Source: Verrucomicrobiota bacterium (GTDB lineage Bacteria > Verrucomicrobiota > Verrucomicrobiia > Opitutales > UBA953). From it: a DNA stretch of 29,752 nucleotides. Shown one piece after another: positions 17,197 through 25,277 of this stretch. The notes below the pieces were generated by a model. The model was not told the origin of the DNA. It saw only the letters and a list, made by a program, of their open reading frames with translations, and searched no databases. The position numbers and the translations under genes were made by a program. The stretch lies in NCBI GenBank assembly GCA_005798925.1, contig SYID01000194.1, forward strand, positions 1 through 29,752, read 5' to 3'. Every line of letters starts with the position of its first letter. The stretch's first letter is position 1.

Positions 17197-17843
17197 GCCG
17201 TCAGCGCGCGCGCGAAGGCCCGGCGGTCGGCCGATTTGAAGAAGGCCGTGCCGGCCACGAGGGTGTCGGCGCCGGCTTCGCGGCAGAGACGGCCCGTCTC
17301 GACGTTGATGCCGCCGTCGACCTCGAGGCGGAAGCGCGCCCCGCGCCTCGCGCGTTCGGCGGCGATGAAGCGGATGCTCTCGAGGACCGAGGGCATGAAA
17401 GACTGTCCGCCGAACCCCGGGAAGACCGTCATGCAGAGCACGAGGTCGACGTCGTCGAGATAGGGCAGCACCCGGCGCGGGTCGGCGTCGGGGTTCATCG
17501 CGATGCCGGCGGCGAGGCCGGCGGCCTTGATCGCCGCGATGGTCCCGGCCACGTCGTGGTCGGCCTCGACGTGGACGGTCAGGCGTTCGGCGCCCGCCTT
17601 GGCGAAGGCCGCGACGTAACGGTCGGGGTGGCTCAGCATCAGGTGCACGTCGAAGTGCAGCTTCGTCAGCGGACGAAGGTCGGCGACGACCTGCGGGCCG
17701 AAACTGATGTTGGGCACGAAATGCCCGTCCATGATGTCGACGTGCAGCCAGGTCAGGCCGGCCGCCTCGACGTCCCGCACGCCTTGGGCGAAGGCCCCGT
17801 GGTCGGCGGCGAGCAGCGAAGGGGCGACGACGGCGGCGTTCAT
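17193..17843 (-). CDS. rpe: Ribulose-phosphate 3-epimerase
   Basis: APSLLAAD, HVDIMDGHFVPNISFG, DVHLM, TVHVE, MTVFPGFGGQSF, EVDGGIN, VAGTAFF. Confidence 0.95.
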   Translation of the reverse strand: MNAAVVAPSLLAADHGAFAQGVRDVEAAGLTWLHVDIMDGHFVPNISFGPQVVADLRPLTKLHFDVHLMLSHPDRYVAAFAKAGAERLTVHVEADHDVAGTIAAIKAAGLAAGIAMNPDADPRRVLPYLDDVDLVLCMTVFPGFGGQSFMPSVLESIRFIAAERARRGARFRLEVDGGINVETGRLCREAGADTLVAGTAFFKSADRRAFARALTA

Positions 17844-17844
17844 G

Positions 17845-18333
17845 TCACCAGGCGGTGGTCGCGGCCTGCCGGATCTGCGCGGCGATGTCGGCGAAGAGCG
17901 TCGGGGCGACGCTCAGTTCTTCGGCGGCCGGGTCCCCGGCGTTCTGCAGCGTCGCGGTGGAGCGGAAGACGCGGTCCTTGAAGAGCACGCGGCCGTCAGG
18001 CCCGCCGGTCAGGGTGGCGCGCACTTCGAAGGTCACGCGGAAACTGTCGAAGGCGAAGGCGTCGTTGGGCTTCGTCGTGAAGCCGACGCGGTCGTAGCCC
18101 GTGACCTCCGCCGCGAGGACGGCGCCGCCGCCGCCCAGGCGGACCCGCGGATCGCCGGCGAAGGCGTCGACCAGCTTCGAGTGGAGCACGGCATGCGTGC
18201 CGGTGCGGGCGGTGCGGTTGCGCACCGGGGTGATCGCGAGCGTGACGAACGCGGGCTTGGGTCCGCCCATCTGATAGGCCGAGCAGCCGCCCAGTCCGAT
18301 CGTCAGCGCGAGCAGGAGGAGCCGGGCGTTCAT
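17845..18333 (-). CDS. LptE-like outer-membrane lipoprotein
   Basis: MNARLLLLALTIGLGG-C lipobox. ~160 aa with the LptE-type pattern (LAITPVRNRT...AVLAAEVTGYDR...RVTFEVRATL...AAQI). ATGA overlap with the upstream gene. Confidence 0.65.
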   Translation of the reverse strand: MNARLLLLALTIGLGGCSAYQMGGPKPAFVTLAITPVRNRTARTGTHAVLHSKLVDAFAGDPRVRLGGGGAVLAAEVTGYDRVGFTTKPNDAFAFDSFRVTFEVRATLTGGPDGRVLFKDRVFRSTATLQNAGDPAAEELSVAPTLFADIAAQIRQAATTAW

Positions 18334-19448
18334 CGGTTGTCGGGGCCGACGCCGGCCTTGGGGGCTTCCTTCTTGAAGCCGAGGCCGTCGAGGTCTTCGC
18401 CCACGGCTTGCGGCCTGACGTCGGTGCCCATGCGCGGCCGCGGGTAAGTTCCAAGAAGGCGGTCGGCCAGGCTCTTCGGAGGGTTCGGGTCCTTGGCGAT
18501 GTCGGCCAGCAGTTGTTCGGCCTCCTTCGCGGCCGCTGAGTCGGGGGCGATGTTCCGGCAGGCGTTGGCCATCAGCTTGGCGGCCTCGGGGTTGTTGCGG
18601 CTGAGGAAGTAGAAGCGCGCCAGGTTCAGGCGCGCGCGGGCGGCGCGGTCGCGCAGGACGGCGATCTGCTCGACGGCTTGCTTCGCGCGAGGGTCGTCCG
18701 GGAACTGGTCGGCGAGCGTGCGCCAGTGGTCGGCGGCTTCGATCGTCGTGGCCTGATCCCAGGCCGGCCCGAGCGATTCCTGGGCCCGGAGCGTGGCGAG
18801 GAGCGCCAAGGCCTCCGGGGCGTGCTTGGAGGCCGGGTAGTCGCTGATGATGCGTTCCAAGGCGTCGTTGGTCTTGGCGGCGAGGTCGCGCTCGACGCCC
18901 AGTCGGGCGATCCGGATCAGGCATTCGTCGGCCAAGGGGCCGTTGGGAGCGAGCCGGATGGTCTTTTCCCATGCCGCGACCGCGCTGTCGCGGTCGCTGA
19001 ACCAAGGGAACCATCCGCCCAGCTTGCGGCGTTCTCCGGCCGCGAGCCGGTTGGCGATCCCGAACTGCAACGCCACGGCTTCGCCGAAGCCGGCGAACCC
19101 CGAATGACGCGCGTAGAGGTCATCGATCAGCCCGGTGGCTTTCTCGAACTCGCCGCGGCCTGCGTGCAGCCGGGCGCGTTCGAGGATCGCGACGGCCTCG
19201 GCTTCTTCGCCGGCGTTGGCTTCGGCGATGGTCTCCCAGGCGTCGATCGCGCCGCCGACGTCGTCGTCGAGGGCGAGGCGGGTGGCATGGTCCATGGCGA
19301 GCAGGACGACGGGAAGGCGGTCCGCGGAGGTCGTCGGCGCGGAGCCGGCGCGGACGCCCCAGGCGCCGTTGGCACGGACGAACTCGGCCGGGGCGAGGGG
19401 GCCGAGCAGGAGCGCGACGGCGACAAGGAGTTTAGCGGGGAGGTTCAT
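18330..19448 (-). CDS. BamD-like TPR protein
   Basis: Signal peptide, then TPR units ending APNGPLADECLIRIA, IISDYPASKHAPEA, LADQFPDDPRA, ARARLNLARFY..RNNPEAA, typical of BamD/YfiO. Sits upstream of the lptE-like gene. Confidence 0.62.
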   Translation of the reverse strand: MNLPAKLLVAVALLLGPLAPAEFVRANGAWGVRAGSAPTTSADRLPVVLLAMDHATRLALDDDVGGAIDAWETIAEANAGEEAEAVAILERARLHAGRGEFEKATGLIDDLYARHSGFAGFGEAVALQFGIANRLAAGERRKLGGWFPWFSDRDSAVAAWEKTIRLAPNGPLADECLIRIARLGVERDLAAKTNDALERIISDYPASKHAPEALALLATLRAQESLGPAWDQATTIEAADHWRTLADQFPDDPRAKQAVEQIAVLRDRAARARLNLARFYFLSRNNPEAAKLMANACRNIAPDSAAAKEAEQLLADIAKDPNPPKSLADRLLGTYPRPRMGTDVRPQAVGEDLDGLGFKKEAPKAGVGPDNR

Positions 19449-20445
19449 GCCAGCGGAGAAGGGTCGCGCCCCAGGTCAGGCCGGCGCCGAAGGCGACGAT
19501 CATGATGAGGTCGCCATGCTTGATCTTGCCGTCTTGCCAGGCCTCTTCAAGCGCCAGCGGGATCGAGGCGGCGGAAGTATTGCCGTAACGGGCGAGATTC
19601 GAAGGGAAGCGGTCCATGCCGACGTTCAGCTGTCCGGCCACGGCCTCGAGGATGCGGATGTTGGCCTGGTGCGGGATGAACCACGCCACCTGCTCGGAGG
19701 TCAGGCCCGCCTGCGCGAGGACGCGTTCGCAAGACTCGGCCATGACGCGCACGGCGTGCCGGAAGACTTCCTTTCCGTTCATGCGGAGGAACTGCCTGCC
19801 CTCCCGCAGGGAATCCCCCGTGTGCGGCGAGGCGGAACCGCCGCCGGCGCAATGCAGCAGCTCCGCGTTGTTGCCGTCGGCGCCGAGGAGGTTGGCCAGC
19901 AGGCCGACGCCGGGCTCGGGGCTCGTCTCAAGCAGCGCGGCGCCGGCTCCGTCCCCGAAAAGCACGCAGGTGGTGCGGTCCGACCAATCGACGACGCTCG
20001 AGAGCTTCTCCGCGCCGATGACCAAGGCCCGGCGGTAGGCGCCGGAGCGCATCATGTCCTTGGCCACTTGGAGGGCGTAGACGAAGCCGGAGCAGGCGGC
20101 CGAGACGTCGAAGCAGGGGATGTCCCGCCGGAGGCCTAGCTTGGCCTGCAGGAGGCACGCGGTGGAAGGGAAAGGGACGTCGGGCGTCATCGTGGCCACG
20201 ATGAGCAGGTCGACGTCGGCCGGGGTGAGTCCGGCCCGGCTCAAGGCCTGCGCCGAGGCCTTCGCGCCCATGTCGGAAGGGGCTTCGCCGGCGGCCGCGA
20301 TGCGTCTCTCGGCGATGCCGGAGCGCGTCTTGATCCACTCGTCGGAGGTGTCGACCATCCCGGACAGTTCGGCGTTGGTGAGCGTCCGCGCGGGGGCGTG
20401 GACCCCGATGGCCCGGATAAAGACGGAAAGCTCAGCGCTGCTCAT
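19432..20445 (-). CDS. fabH: Beta-ketoacyl-ACP synthase III
   Basis: DTSDEWIKTRSGIAERR, DVSAACSGF (catalytic Cys), LFGDGAGA, IPHQANIRI, YGNTSAAS, FGAGLTWG. Confidence 0.96.
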   Translation of the reverse strand: MSSAELSVFIRAIGVHAPARTLTNAELSGMVDTSDEWIKTRSGIAERRIAAAGEAPSDMGAKASAQALSRAGLTPADVDLLIVATMTPDVPFPSTACLLQAKLGLRRDIPCFDVSAACSGFVYALQVAKDMMRSGAYRRALVIGAEKLSSVVDWSDRTTCVLFGDGAGAALLETSPEPGVGLLANLLGADGNNAELLHCAGGGSASPHTGDSLREGRQFLRMNGKEVFRHAVRVMAESCERVLAQAGLTSEQVAWFIPHQANIRILEAVAGQLNVGMDRFPSNLARYGNTSAASIPLALEEAWQDGKIKHGDLIMIVAFGAGLTWGATLLRWHEPPR

Positions 20446-20493
20446 CGATGCGTGAGAAAAGACCCCTTGGGCGGGGAAGGGAACACTAAAACC

Positions 20494-21564
20494 TCAGGCG
20501 TCCTCCGGGGTGGCCGCGACGACGGCGTTGGCCTCGGCCAGGGCCGCCATCATCCGGTGCCCGGCGCCGTGTCCGAGGGCTTCCAACCCGAGCCGGATGG
20601 CGCTGGCGATGCCCTGTCGGTTGCTCGAGCCGTGGGCCTTCATGACGAGCCCGTTGAGTCCCAGCAAGGGGGCGCCGCCGTAACGTTCCGGCTTCAGCTT
20701 GCCTTTGAGGTCGCGCAGGAGCGGGAACATGGCGATGCCGCCGGCAAGGTAGACGGGGTTGCTCTTCACCTTGCTGCCGACCATGTCGCGGACCATGTAG
20801 ACCAGGCCTTCGAGGGTCTTCAGGATGACGTTGCCGGTGAAGCCGTCGGTGACGACGACGTCACAGGCGTCGCCGAAGACGTCGAAGCCCTCCACCGGCC
20901 CGACATAGTTGATGCGGTCGCCCATGGCCTTGAGCAGGGCGTGGGTCCGGTTGATCCGCGGCCCCCCCTTGCCTTCCTCGGTGCCCACGGTCAGCAGGCC
21001 GACGCGGGGTCGCGCGATGCCTAGCGCGCTCTGCGCGTAGATCGAGCCGAGCACCGCGTTGTGCAGGAGCTGCGCGGGCGTCGCTTCGGGGTTGGCGCCC
21101 ACGTCCAGCATGATGAAATGGCCCTCCCGGCGCGGCATGATCGCCGCCAGCGCGGGCCGCTCGGCTCCTTCCATCGGACGTACCCTGATCGTGCCGGCGG
21201 CCACGAGGGCCTTGGTGTTGCCCGTGGAGACGACCGCCGCGACCTCGCCCGCCTTGAGCATTTCGAGGGCGATGACCATCGAGGAGTCGCGCTTCGATTT
21301 AAGCACCGCCATCGGGGCGTCATCCGATCCCACGATGGTGGGCGCGTGACGATAGGTCACCCGCGGGTTGCGCAGGACGCGATGTTCGATGGCCAGCAAG
21401 CGCAGGTTGTCCTCGTGGCCGACGAGCACCAAGGAGTCTTCCGGCCCGATGATGCCTTCCTTGAAGGCCAGGGCGGCGGCGGCCACGGCTTCCGATGGGC
21501 CTAGGTCGCCGCCCATGCAGTCAAGGGCGATACGATGGCCTGGTTTCGGGGTGGCTTCGCTCAT
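20494..21564 (-). CDS. plsX: Phosphate acyltransferase
   Basis: IALDCMGGDLGP, STGNT, RPALA, LDVGAN, GTEEGKG, VTDGFTGNVILKTLEG, YGGAPLLGLNG..KAHGSS. Confidence 0.95.
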   Translation of the reverse strand: MSEATPKPGHRIALDCMGGDLGPSEAVAAAALAFKEGIIGPEDSLVLVGHEDNLRLLAIEHRVLRNPRVTYRHAPTIVGSDDAPMAVLKSKRDSSMVIALEMLKAGEVAAVVSTGNTKALVAAGTIRVRPMEGAERPALAAIMPRREGHFIMLDVGANPEATPAQLLHNAVLGSIYAQSALGIARPRVGLLTVGTEEGKGGPRINRTHALLKAMGDRINYVGPVEGFDVFGDACDVVVTDGFTGNVILKTLEGLVYMVRDMVGSKVKSNPVYLAGGIAMFPLLRDLKGKLKPERYGGAPLLGLNGLVMKAHGSSNRQGIASAIRLGLEALGHGAGHRMMAALAEANAVVAATPEDA

Positions 21565-21591
21565 GAGGACGGGCTGAAGCCCGGTAAGAGC

Positions 21592-21771
21592 TTAAGCTCC
21601 GGTGTCCAGCACCTGACGACCGCGATACTTGCCCGTGGTCGGGTCGACGCGGTGGGAGCGACGAAGGGCGCCGGATTCGGCGTCCTTGACGAGTTTCGGA
21701 GCGCGGAACTGGTTGGCGCCACGACGGAGTCGGCTGCGGCGTTTGGACTGTTTACGTTTCGGATTGGCCAT
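21592..21771 (-). CDS. rpmF: 50S ribosomal protein L32 (Cys-free form)
   Basis: Own translation: MANPKRKQSKRRSRLRRGANQFRAPKLVKDAESGALRRSHRVDPTTGKYRGRQVLDTGA (59 aa). Canonical rpmF-plsX-fabH order. Not in the ORF track. Confidence 0.95.
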   Translation of the reverse strand: MANPKRKQSKRRSRLRRGANQFRAPKLVKDAESGALRRSHRVDPTTGKYRGRQVLDTGA

Positions 21772-21795
21772 GGTTCGACGCTTGGATGAGGGTCG

Positions 21796-21823
21796 GTTCT
21801 ACCCCTCCCGCCCCCTCGGTCAA
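21796..21823 (-). promoter_or_regulatory. Sigma70-like promoter of the rpmF-plsX-fabH operon
   Basis: TTGACC (21823-21818)-N16-TAGAAC (21801-21796). Confidence 0.55.
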
Positions 21824-21873
21824 GCCCCCTTTCCATTCCTTGCGATTGCGGCCCGAATCGATTGGGTGGGGGG

Positions 21874-22422
21874 ATGTCCGGCCATCCCGCTCTTTTCCTC
21901 GATCGCGACGGTAATCTGATCCGAGACCATCATCATACCTGCCGGGAGGACCAGATCGAGCTGATTCCCGGGGTCCGGCCGGCCTTGGTGGCCTGCCTGG
22001 CCGCCGGGTACCGGCTTTTCGTCCTGACGAACCAGAGCGGCATCAATCGGGGCATCTTCAGCTGGGAGCAATACCATGCCTGCAATCGCCGCATGCTCGA
22101 GCTGCTCGCTCTGCCGGCGCCGGGGATCCTCGAGATCAAGGCCGCGCCGGAACGCCCGGACGAACCGTCGCTTTACCGCAAGCCGAGCCCTCGTTTCATC
22201 CTGGAGAAAATAGCGGAGCACGGACTCGATCCGACCCGATGCTGGATGACCGGTGACCGGGTGACGGACTGGGAAGCCGGCGCGAACGCCGGGATCCGCT
22301 CCTGCGCGATGCGCAGCGGCGCGGCCAAGCCCGAGGAACTCGCGGCGGCCGAGGGCCGAGGGTTCGCGGTGCACGATGATTTCCCCGCTTTCGTCCGCGC
22401 CGAATTGAAGCTGGCGTTTTAG
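21874..22422 (+). CDS. HAD-IIIA phosphatase, GmhB/histidinol-phosphatase-like
   Basis: ALFLDRDGNL, TNQSGINRG, RKPSP, WMTGDRVTDWEAGANAG. Confidence 0.82.
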   Translation: MSGHPALFLDRDGNLIRDHHHTCREDQIELIPGVRPALVACLAAGYRLFVLTNQSGINRGIFSWEQYHACNRRMLELLALPAPGILEIKAAPERPDEPSLYRKPSPRFILEKIAEHGLDPTRCWMTGDRVTDWEAGANAGIRSCAMRSGAAKPEELAAAEGRGFAVHDDFPAFVRAELKLAF

Positions 22423-22424
22423 CC

Positions 22425-22457
22425 AAAAAAAAAGGACGAACCGGCGGGTTCGTCCTT
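22425..22457 (-). terminator. Strong intrinsic terminator for the small Cys-repeat gene (between convergent genes)
   Basis: 11-bp stem AAGGACGAACC/GGTTCGTCCTT with 4-nt loop and an A9 run at 22425-22433. Confidence 0.85.
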
Positions 22458-22478
22458 GGTTCGCGTTGGGAGCGGAAA

Positions 22479-22730
22479 TCAGGCCTTGGGCTTTTCCTTC
22501 TCGCAGGGGCACTTGCCGTCCTTCTTCTCTTCGTCGGCGGCCTTGGGCTTCTCTTTTTCGCAAGGGCACTTGCCGTCCTTCTTTTCTTCTTCGGAGACGA
22601 CGGCCTTGGGCTTTTCCTTCTCGCACGGGCAGTCGTCGCACTTCTTCTTTTCTTCGGCGCTGACGAAAGCGGCCGAGAGGGCGAGGATGCCGACGGCGAG
22701 GGTGAGGAGCTTGAGGAACTTGGAGTTCAT
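22479..22730 (-). CDS. Small secreted Lys/Glu/Cys-rich repeat protein (83 aa), function unknown
   Basis: Signal peptide MNSKFLKLLTLAVGILALSAAFVSA, then 3x CPCEKEKPKA. Repeats differ at synonymous positions. Own promoter and terminator. Confidence 0.8.
   Translation of the reverse strand: MNSKFLKLLTLAVGILALSAAFVSAEEKKKCDDCPCEKEKPKAVVSEEEKKDGKCPCEKEKPKAADEEKKDGKCPCEKEKPKA
22482..22658. repeat. Three imperfect coding tandem repeats (57 and 63 nt spacing)
   Basis: Units start at 22482, 22539 and 22602, each with GGCCTTGGGCTT. Confidence 0.9.
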
Positions 22731-22743
22731 GGTGTGGAGATAC

Positions 22744-22771
22744 ATCATCGCTTGTTTGCTAGGGTTGTCAA
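22744..22771 (-). promoter_or_regulatory. Sigma70-like promoter of the small Cys-repeat gene
   Basis: Perfect TTGACA (22771-22766)-N16-GATGAT (22749-22744), then 13 nt to the ATG at 22730. Confidence 0.55.
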
Positions 22772-22804
22772 CCGACCTGACCAAACGGCCGGACCGGTTT
22801 CACC

Positions 22805-23599
22805 CTACATGCCGAGAACCTTACGTAGCCGGGTTAGCTCGGCGATGGCGTTGCATAACCCGCTGCCGGGAAGGTAGTTGCTTCGGTTTTCCACCTGGAA
22901 AACACGCCCGTTCCGAATGCACGGCAAGTCGCGGACGAGGGGGCGCCGGCTCATCTCCCGGTTTTTTTCCTGACTCTCGACGATGACGCCGTCCGCGGGC
23001 GCGTTGCTGATCCAGAGAACCGCGTCGGGCTTGGCTGCCGACAGTCTCTCCCAGTCGAACTTCGGCCACGCCCCCGCCGGAAGGGCGGAGTGCCATCCGG
23101 CCGCCGCCATCGGTCCTGCCAGGTAGCTTTCCGGCCCGGCCATGACGCCTTCCCAGACCACGAGCAGCGAACGCGTCGGCCCATCCGGCCGCGCGCCGAG
23201 TTGGTCCGCCAGCCGCCGAGCGGTTTCGCTCCGTCCGGTCGCTGCGCCGAGCGCGAGGATGTCCGTGCGGACGGAATCGGCCGATTCGGGACTCAGCACG
23301 AGCGTGCGCAGCCCGGCTTTGGCGCACTTCTCCGCCCAGAGCGGATTCGTCATGCGGGGCAGGATGACGAGCCCGGGCCGGGTGTTCAGCAGGCGTTCGA
23401 GGTCGGGGAGGAAGACGTCGGCGTCGCGTGCGGCGGGGTGTTCCTTCGGCAACGGACACCAACGCGTGGCCATGACGATGTCGGCGGCGGCGCCGAGGTC
23501 GACCAGCGTCCGCGTGGCGCCGGGGTTGTAGCTCGCGAGCCGTCGCTCTTCGGCGCCGAGCGCGAGACAGGTCGCGAGCCAGAGCAGTATCGCGCGCAT
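22805..23599 (-). CDS. Helical-backbone ABC substrate-binding protein (BtuF/FepB-like)
   Basis: Signal peptide; RLASYNPGATRTLVDLG, PDLERLLNTRPGLVIL, ERLSAAKPDAVL, C-terminal CIRNGRVF...LPG. TGATG overlap with pdxA. Confidence 0.65.
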   Translation of the reverse strand: MRAILLWLATCLALGAEERRLASYNPGATRTLVDLGAAADIVMATRWCPLPKEHPAARDADVFLPDLERLLNTRPGLVILPRMTNPLWAEKCAKAGLRTLVLSPESADSVRTDILALGAATGRSETARRLADQLGARPDGPTRSLLVVWEGVMAGPESYLAGPMAAAGWHSALPAGAWPKFDWERLSAAKPDAVLWISNAPADGVIVESQEKNREMSRRPLVRDLPCIRNGRVFQVENRSNYLPGSGLCNAIAELTRLRKVLGM

Positions 23600-24501
23600 C
23601 AGGCCGAGAGCGAGCGGGCGAGACGCATCGCCGCGTCGAAGCTGCCGCGGTCCGCCTTGCCTTGGCCGGCGATCGCGTAGGCGGTGCCGTGGTCGGGGCT
23701 CGTGCGGACGTACCTCAGGCCGAGGCTAAGGTTGGCCGAGGTCGAGAAGTCGACCGCCTTCAGCGGCGCGAGGCCTTGGTCGTGGTAGATGGCGGCGACG
23801 GCGTCGAATTCGCCTTGGAGGTGGCGATGGAAGACCGTGTCGCCCGGGAGCGGTCCGCTCACGTCATGGCCCTCGGCGCGCAGGGCCTCGACGGCCGGAC
23901 GGATCACGGCGGCGTCTTCCGCGCCGAGCAGGCCGCCTTCGCCGGCGTGCGGATTAAGGCCGCAGACGGCGATGCGCGGCGCGTGGTCGCCGAGCTTCGT
24001 CCGGAGCGAGACCAGCGCGCGCACCGTGCGGCGGATGTCCGCGGCGGCGACGGCGCGGGGGACTTCGGCGAGCGGGATGTGCCAGGTGACGAGGCCGACG
24101 GTCAGCCTGCCTCCGGCGAAGGCCATCACAGGTTCGCCGCCCCAGCGCGCGGCGAAGAACTCGGTCTGCCCGGGAAAGGCGTAGCCCACGCCGGCGAGGC
24201 CCTGTTTGTTCACCGGGCCGGTCACGACGGCCGCGAAGCGTCCGTCCGTCGCGCCCCGCGCGGCGAGTTCCATCGCTTCGATCGCGATGAGCTGACCGGC
24301 TTCGTCGGGCTTGCCGGGACGGCTCAGGAAATCCTTCGGTCCGACGGCGATCCCTCGTCCGAACCGCGCGATCCAGTCCGCCGGTCCGATGGGCACGACC
24401 CCGGTGGCCTGGTCCGGATGAGCCTCCAGCCAGCTCGCGACGAGCTCCGGGCCCACTCCGGCCGGATCTCCGCAAGTCACGGCGACGGGCAAAGGGTTCA
24501 T
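23599..24501 (-). CDS. pdxA: 4-hydroxythreonine-4-phosphate dehydrogenase
   Basis: TCGDPAGVGPEL, VTGPVNK, TWHIP, GLNPHAGEGG, PGDTVF, YHDQGL, RTSPDHGTAYAIAG. Confidence 0.92.
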   Translation of the reverse strand: MNPLPVAVTCGDPAGVGPELVASWLEAHPDQATGVVPIGPADWIARFGRGIAVGPKDFLSRPGKPDEAGQLIAIEAMELAARGATDGRFAAVVTGPVNKQGLAGVGYAFPGQTEFFAARWGGEPVMAFAGGRLTVGLVTWHIPLAEVPRAVAAADIRRTVRALVSLRTKLGDHAPRIAVCGLNPHAGEGGLLGAEDAAVIRPAVEALRAEGHDVSGPLPGDTVFHRHLQGEFDAVAAIYHDQGLAPLKAVDFSTSANLSLGLRYVRTSPDHGTAYAIAGQGKADRGSFDAAMRLARSLSA

Positions 24502-25277
24502 GCCGGCGAGACGAAGCGGCCGCGTTTGCCGCCGAGGAAGAAGCCCAGGAACTCGCGTGCCTCCGGCGTCTGGTAGCGCCCCTCGGCGAGGGCCTGGCGG
24601 GCGAGCGCGGCGCAGTCCCCTTGCGCGGCGTAGACGGCATGATAGGCGCGTTTGATCTCGGCGACCGCCGCCGCGGACACGGCGCGGCGGCGCAGGCCGA
24701 CGAGGTTGAGTCCGGCGACGACGTTGCGGCCGTGGGCGAGCGCGTTCGGCGGGACGTCCTCCGTGATGACCGCGTTGCCCGAGACAAGCGCGCCCCCGCC
24801 GATGCGGCAGAATTGATGCACGGCGACCCCGCCGCTCACGAAGGCCTTGTCCCCTATGGCGACGTGTCCGCCGAGCATGCAGCCGTTGGCGAGGATGACG
24901 TGCGCGCCGACGACGCAGTCGTGGGCGACGTGGCTGCCGGCCATGAGCAGGCAATCCGGGCCGACGACCGTATGGTCGCCGGCCCGGGTGGCCCGGTGGA
25001 CGGTGACGTGCTCGCGGATGACCGTGCGGTCGCCGACGCGCGCGCCCGACTCCGTGGCAGGGTCGAAAGCGAGGTCCTGCGGATCGCCGCCGACGACGGC
25101 GAAGTGGTCGACGCGCACGCCGGCGCCGAGTTCGGCGCGGGCCTTGACGACGGCGTGGGCCGCCACCCGGCAGCCGGGGCCGAGCGAGGCGTCCGCTTCG
25201 ACGACCGCGAAGGCGCCGACCTCGACGTCGGGGGCGAGCCGGGCGGACGGATGGACCTGGGCGGTAGGGTGGATCAC
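24498..25277 (-). CDS. lpxA: Acyl-ACP--UDP-N-acetylglucosamine O-acyltransferase
   Basis: IHPTA, hexapeptide repeats, GGDPQDL, IREHVTVHRAT, HVAHDC, VHQFCRIG, EDVPP, GLNLVGLRRR. GTG start overlapping the upstream stop (GTGA). Confidence 0.94.
   Translation of the reverse strand: MIHPTAQVHPSARLAPDVEVGAFAVVEADASLGPGCRVAAHAVVKARAELGAGVRVDHFAVVGGDPQDLAFDPATESGARVGDRTVIREHVTVHRATRAGDHTVVGPDCLLMAGSHVAHDCVVGAHVILANGCMLGGHVAIGDKAFVSGGVAVHQFCRIGGGALVSGNAVITEDVPPNALAHGRNVVAGLNLVGLRRRAVSAAAVAEIKRAYHAVYAAQGDCAALARQALAEGRYQTPEAREFLGFFLGGKRGRFVSPA

Noticed and set aside
22482-22658. Tandem repeats as a CRISPR array or non-coding VNTR
   Set aside because: No unique spacers and no cas genes. The repeats are in frame and vary synonymously, so they are coding.
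23599-23620. Cobalamin riboswitch ahead of the BtuF-like gene
   Set aside because: No intergenic space: the start overlaps the pdxA stop.
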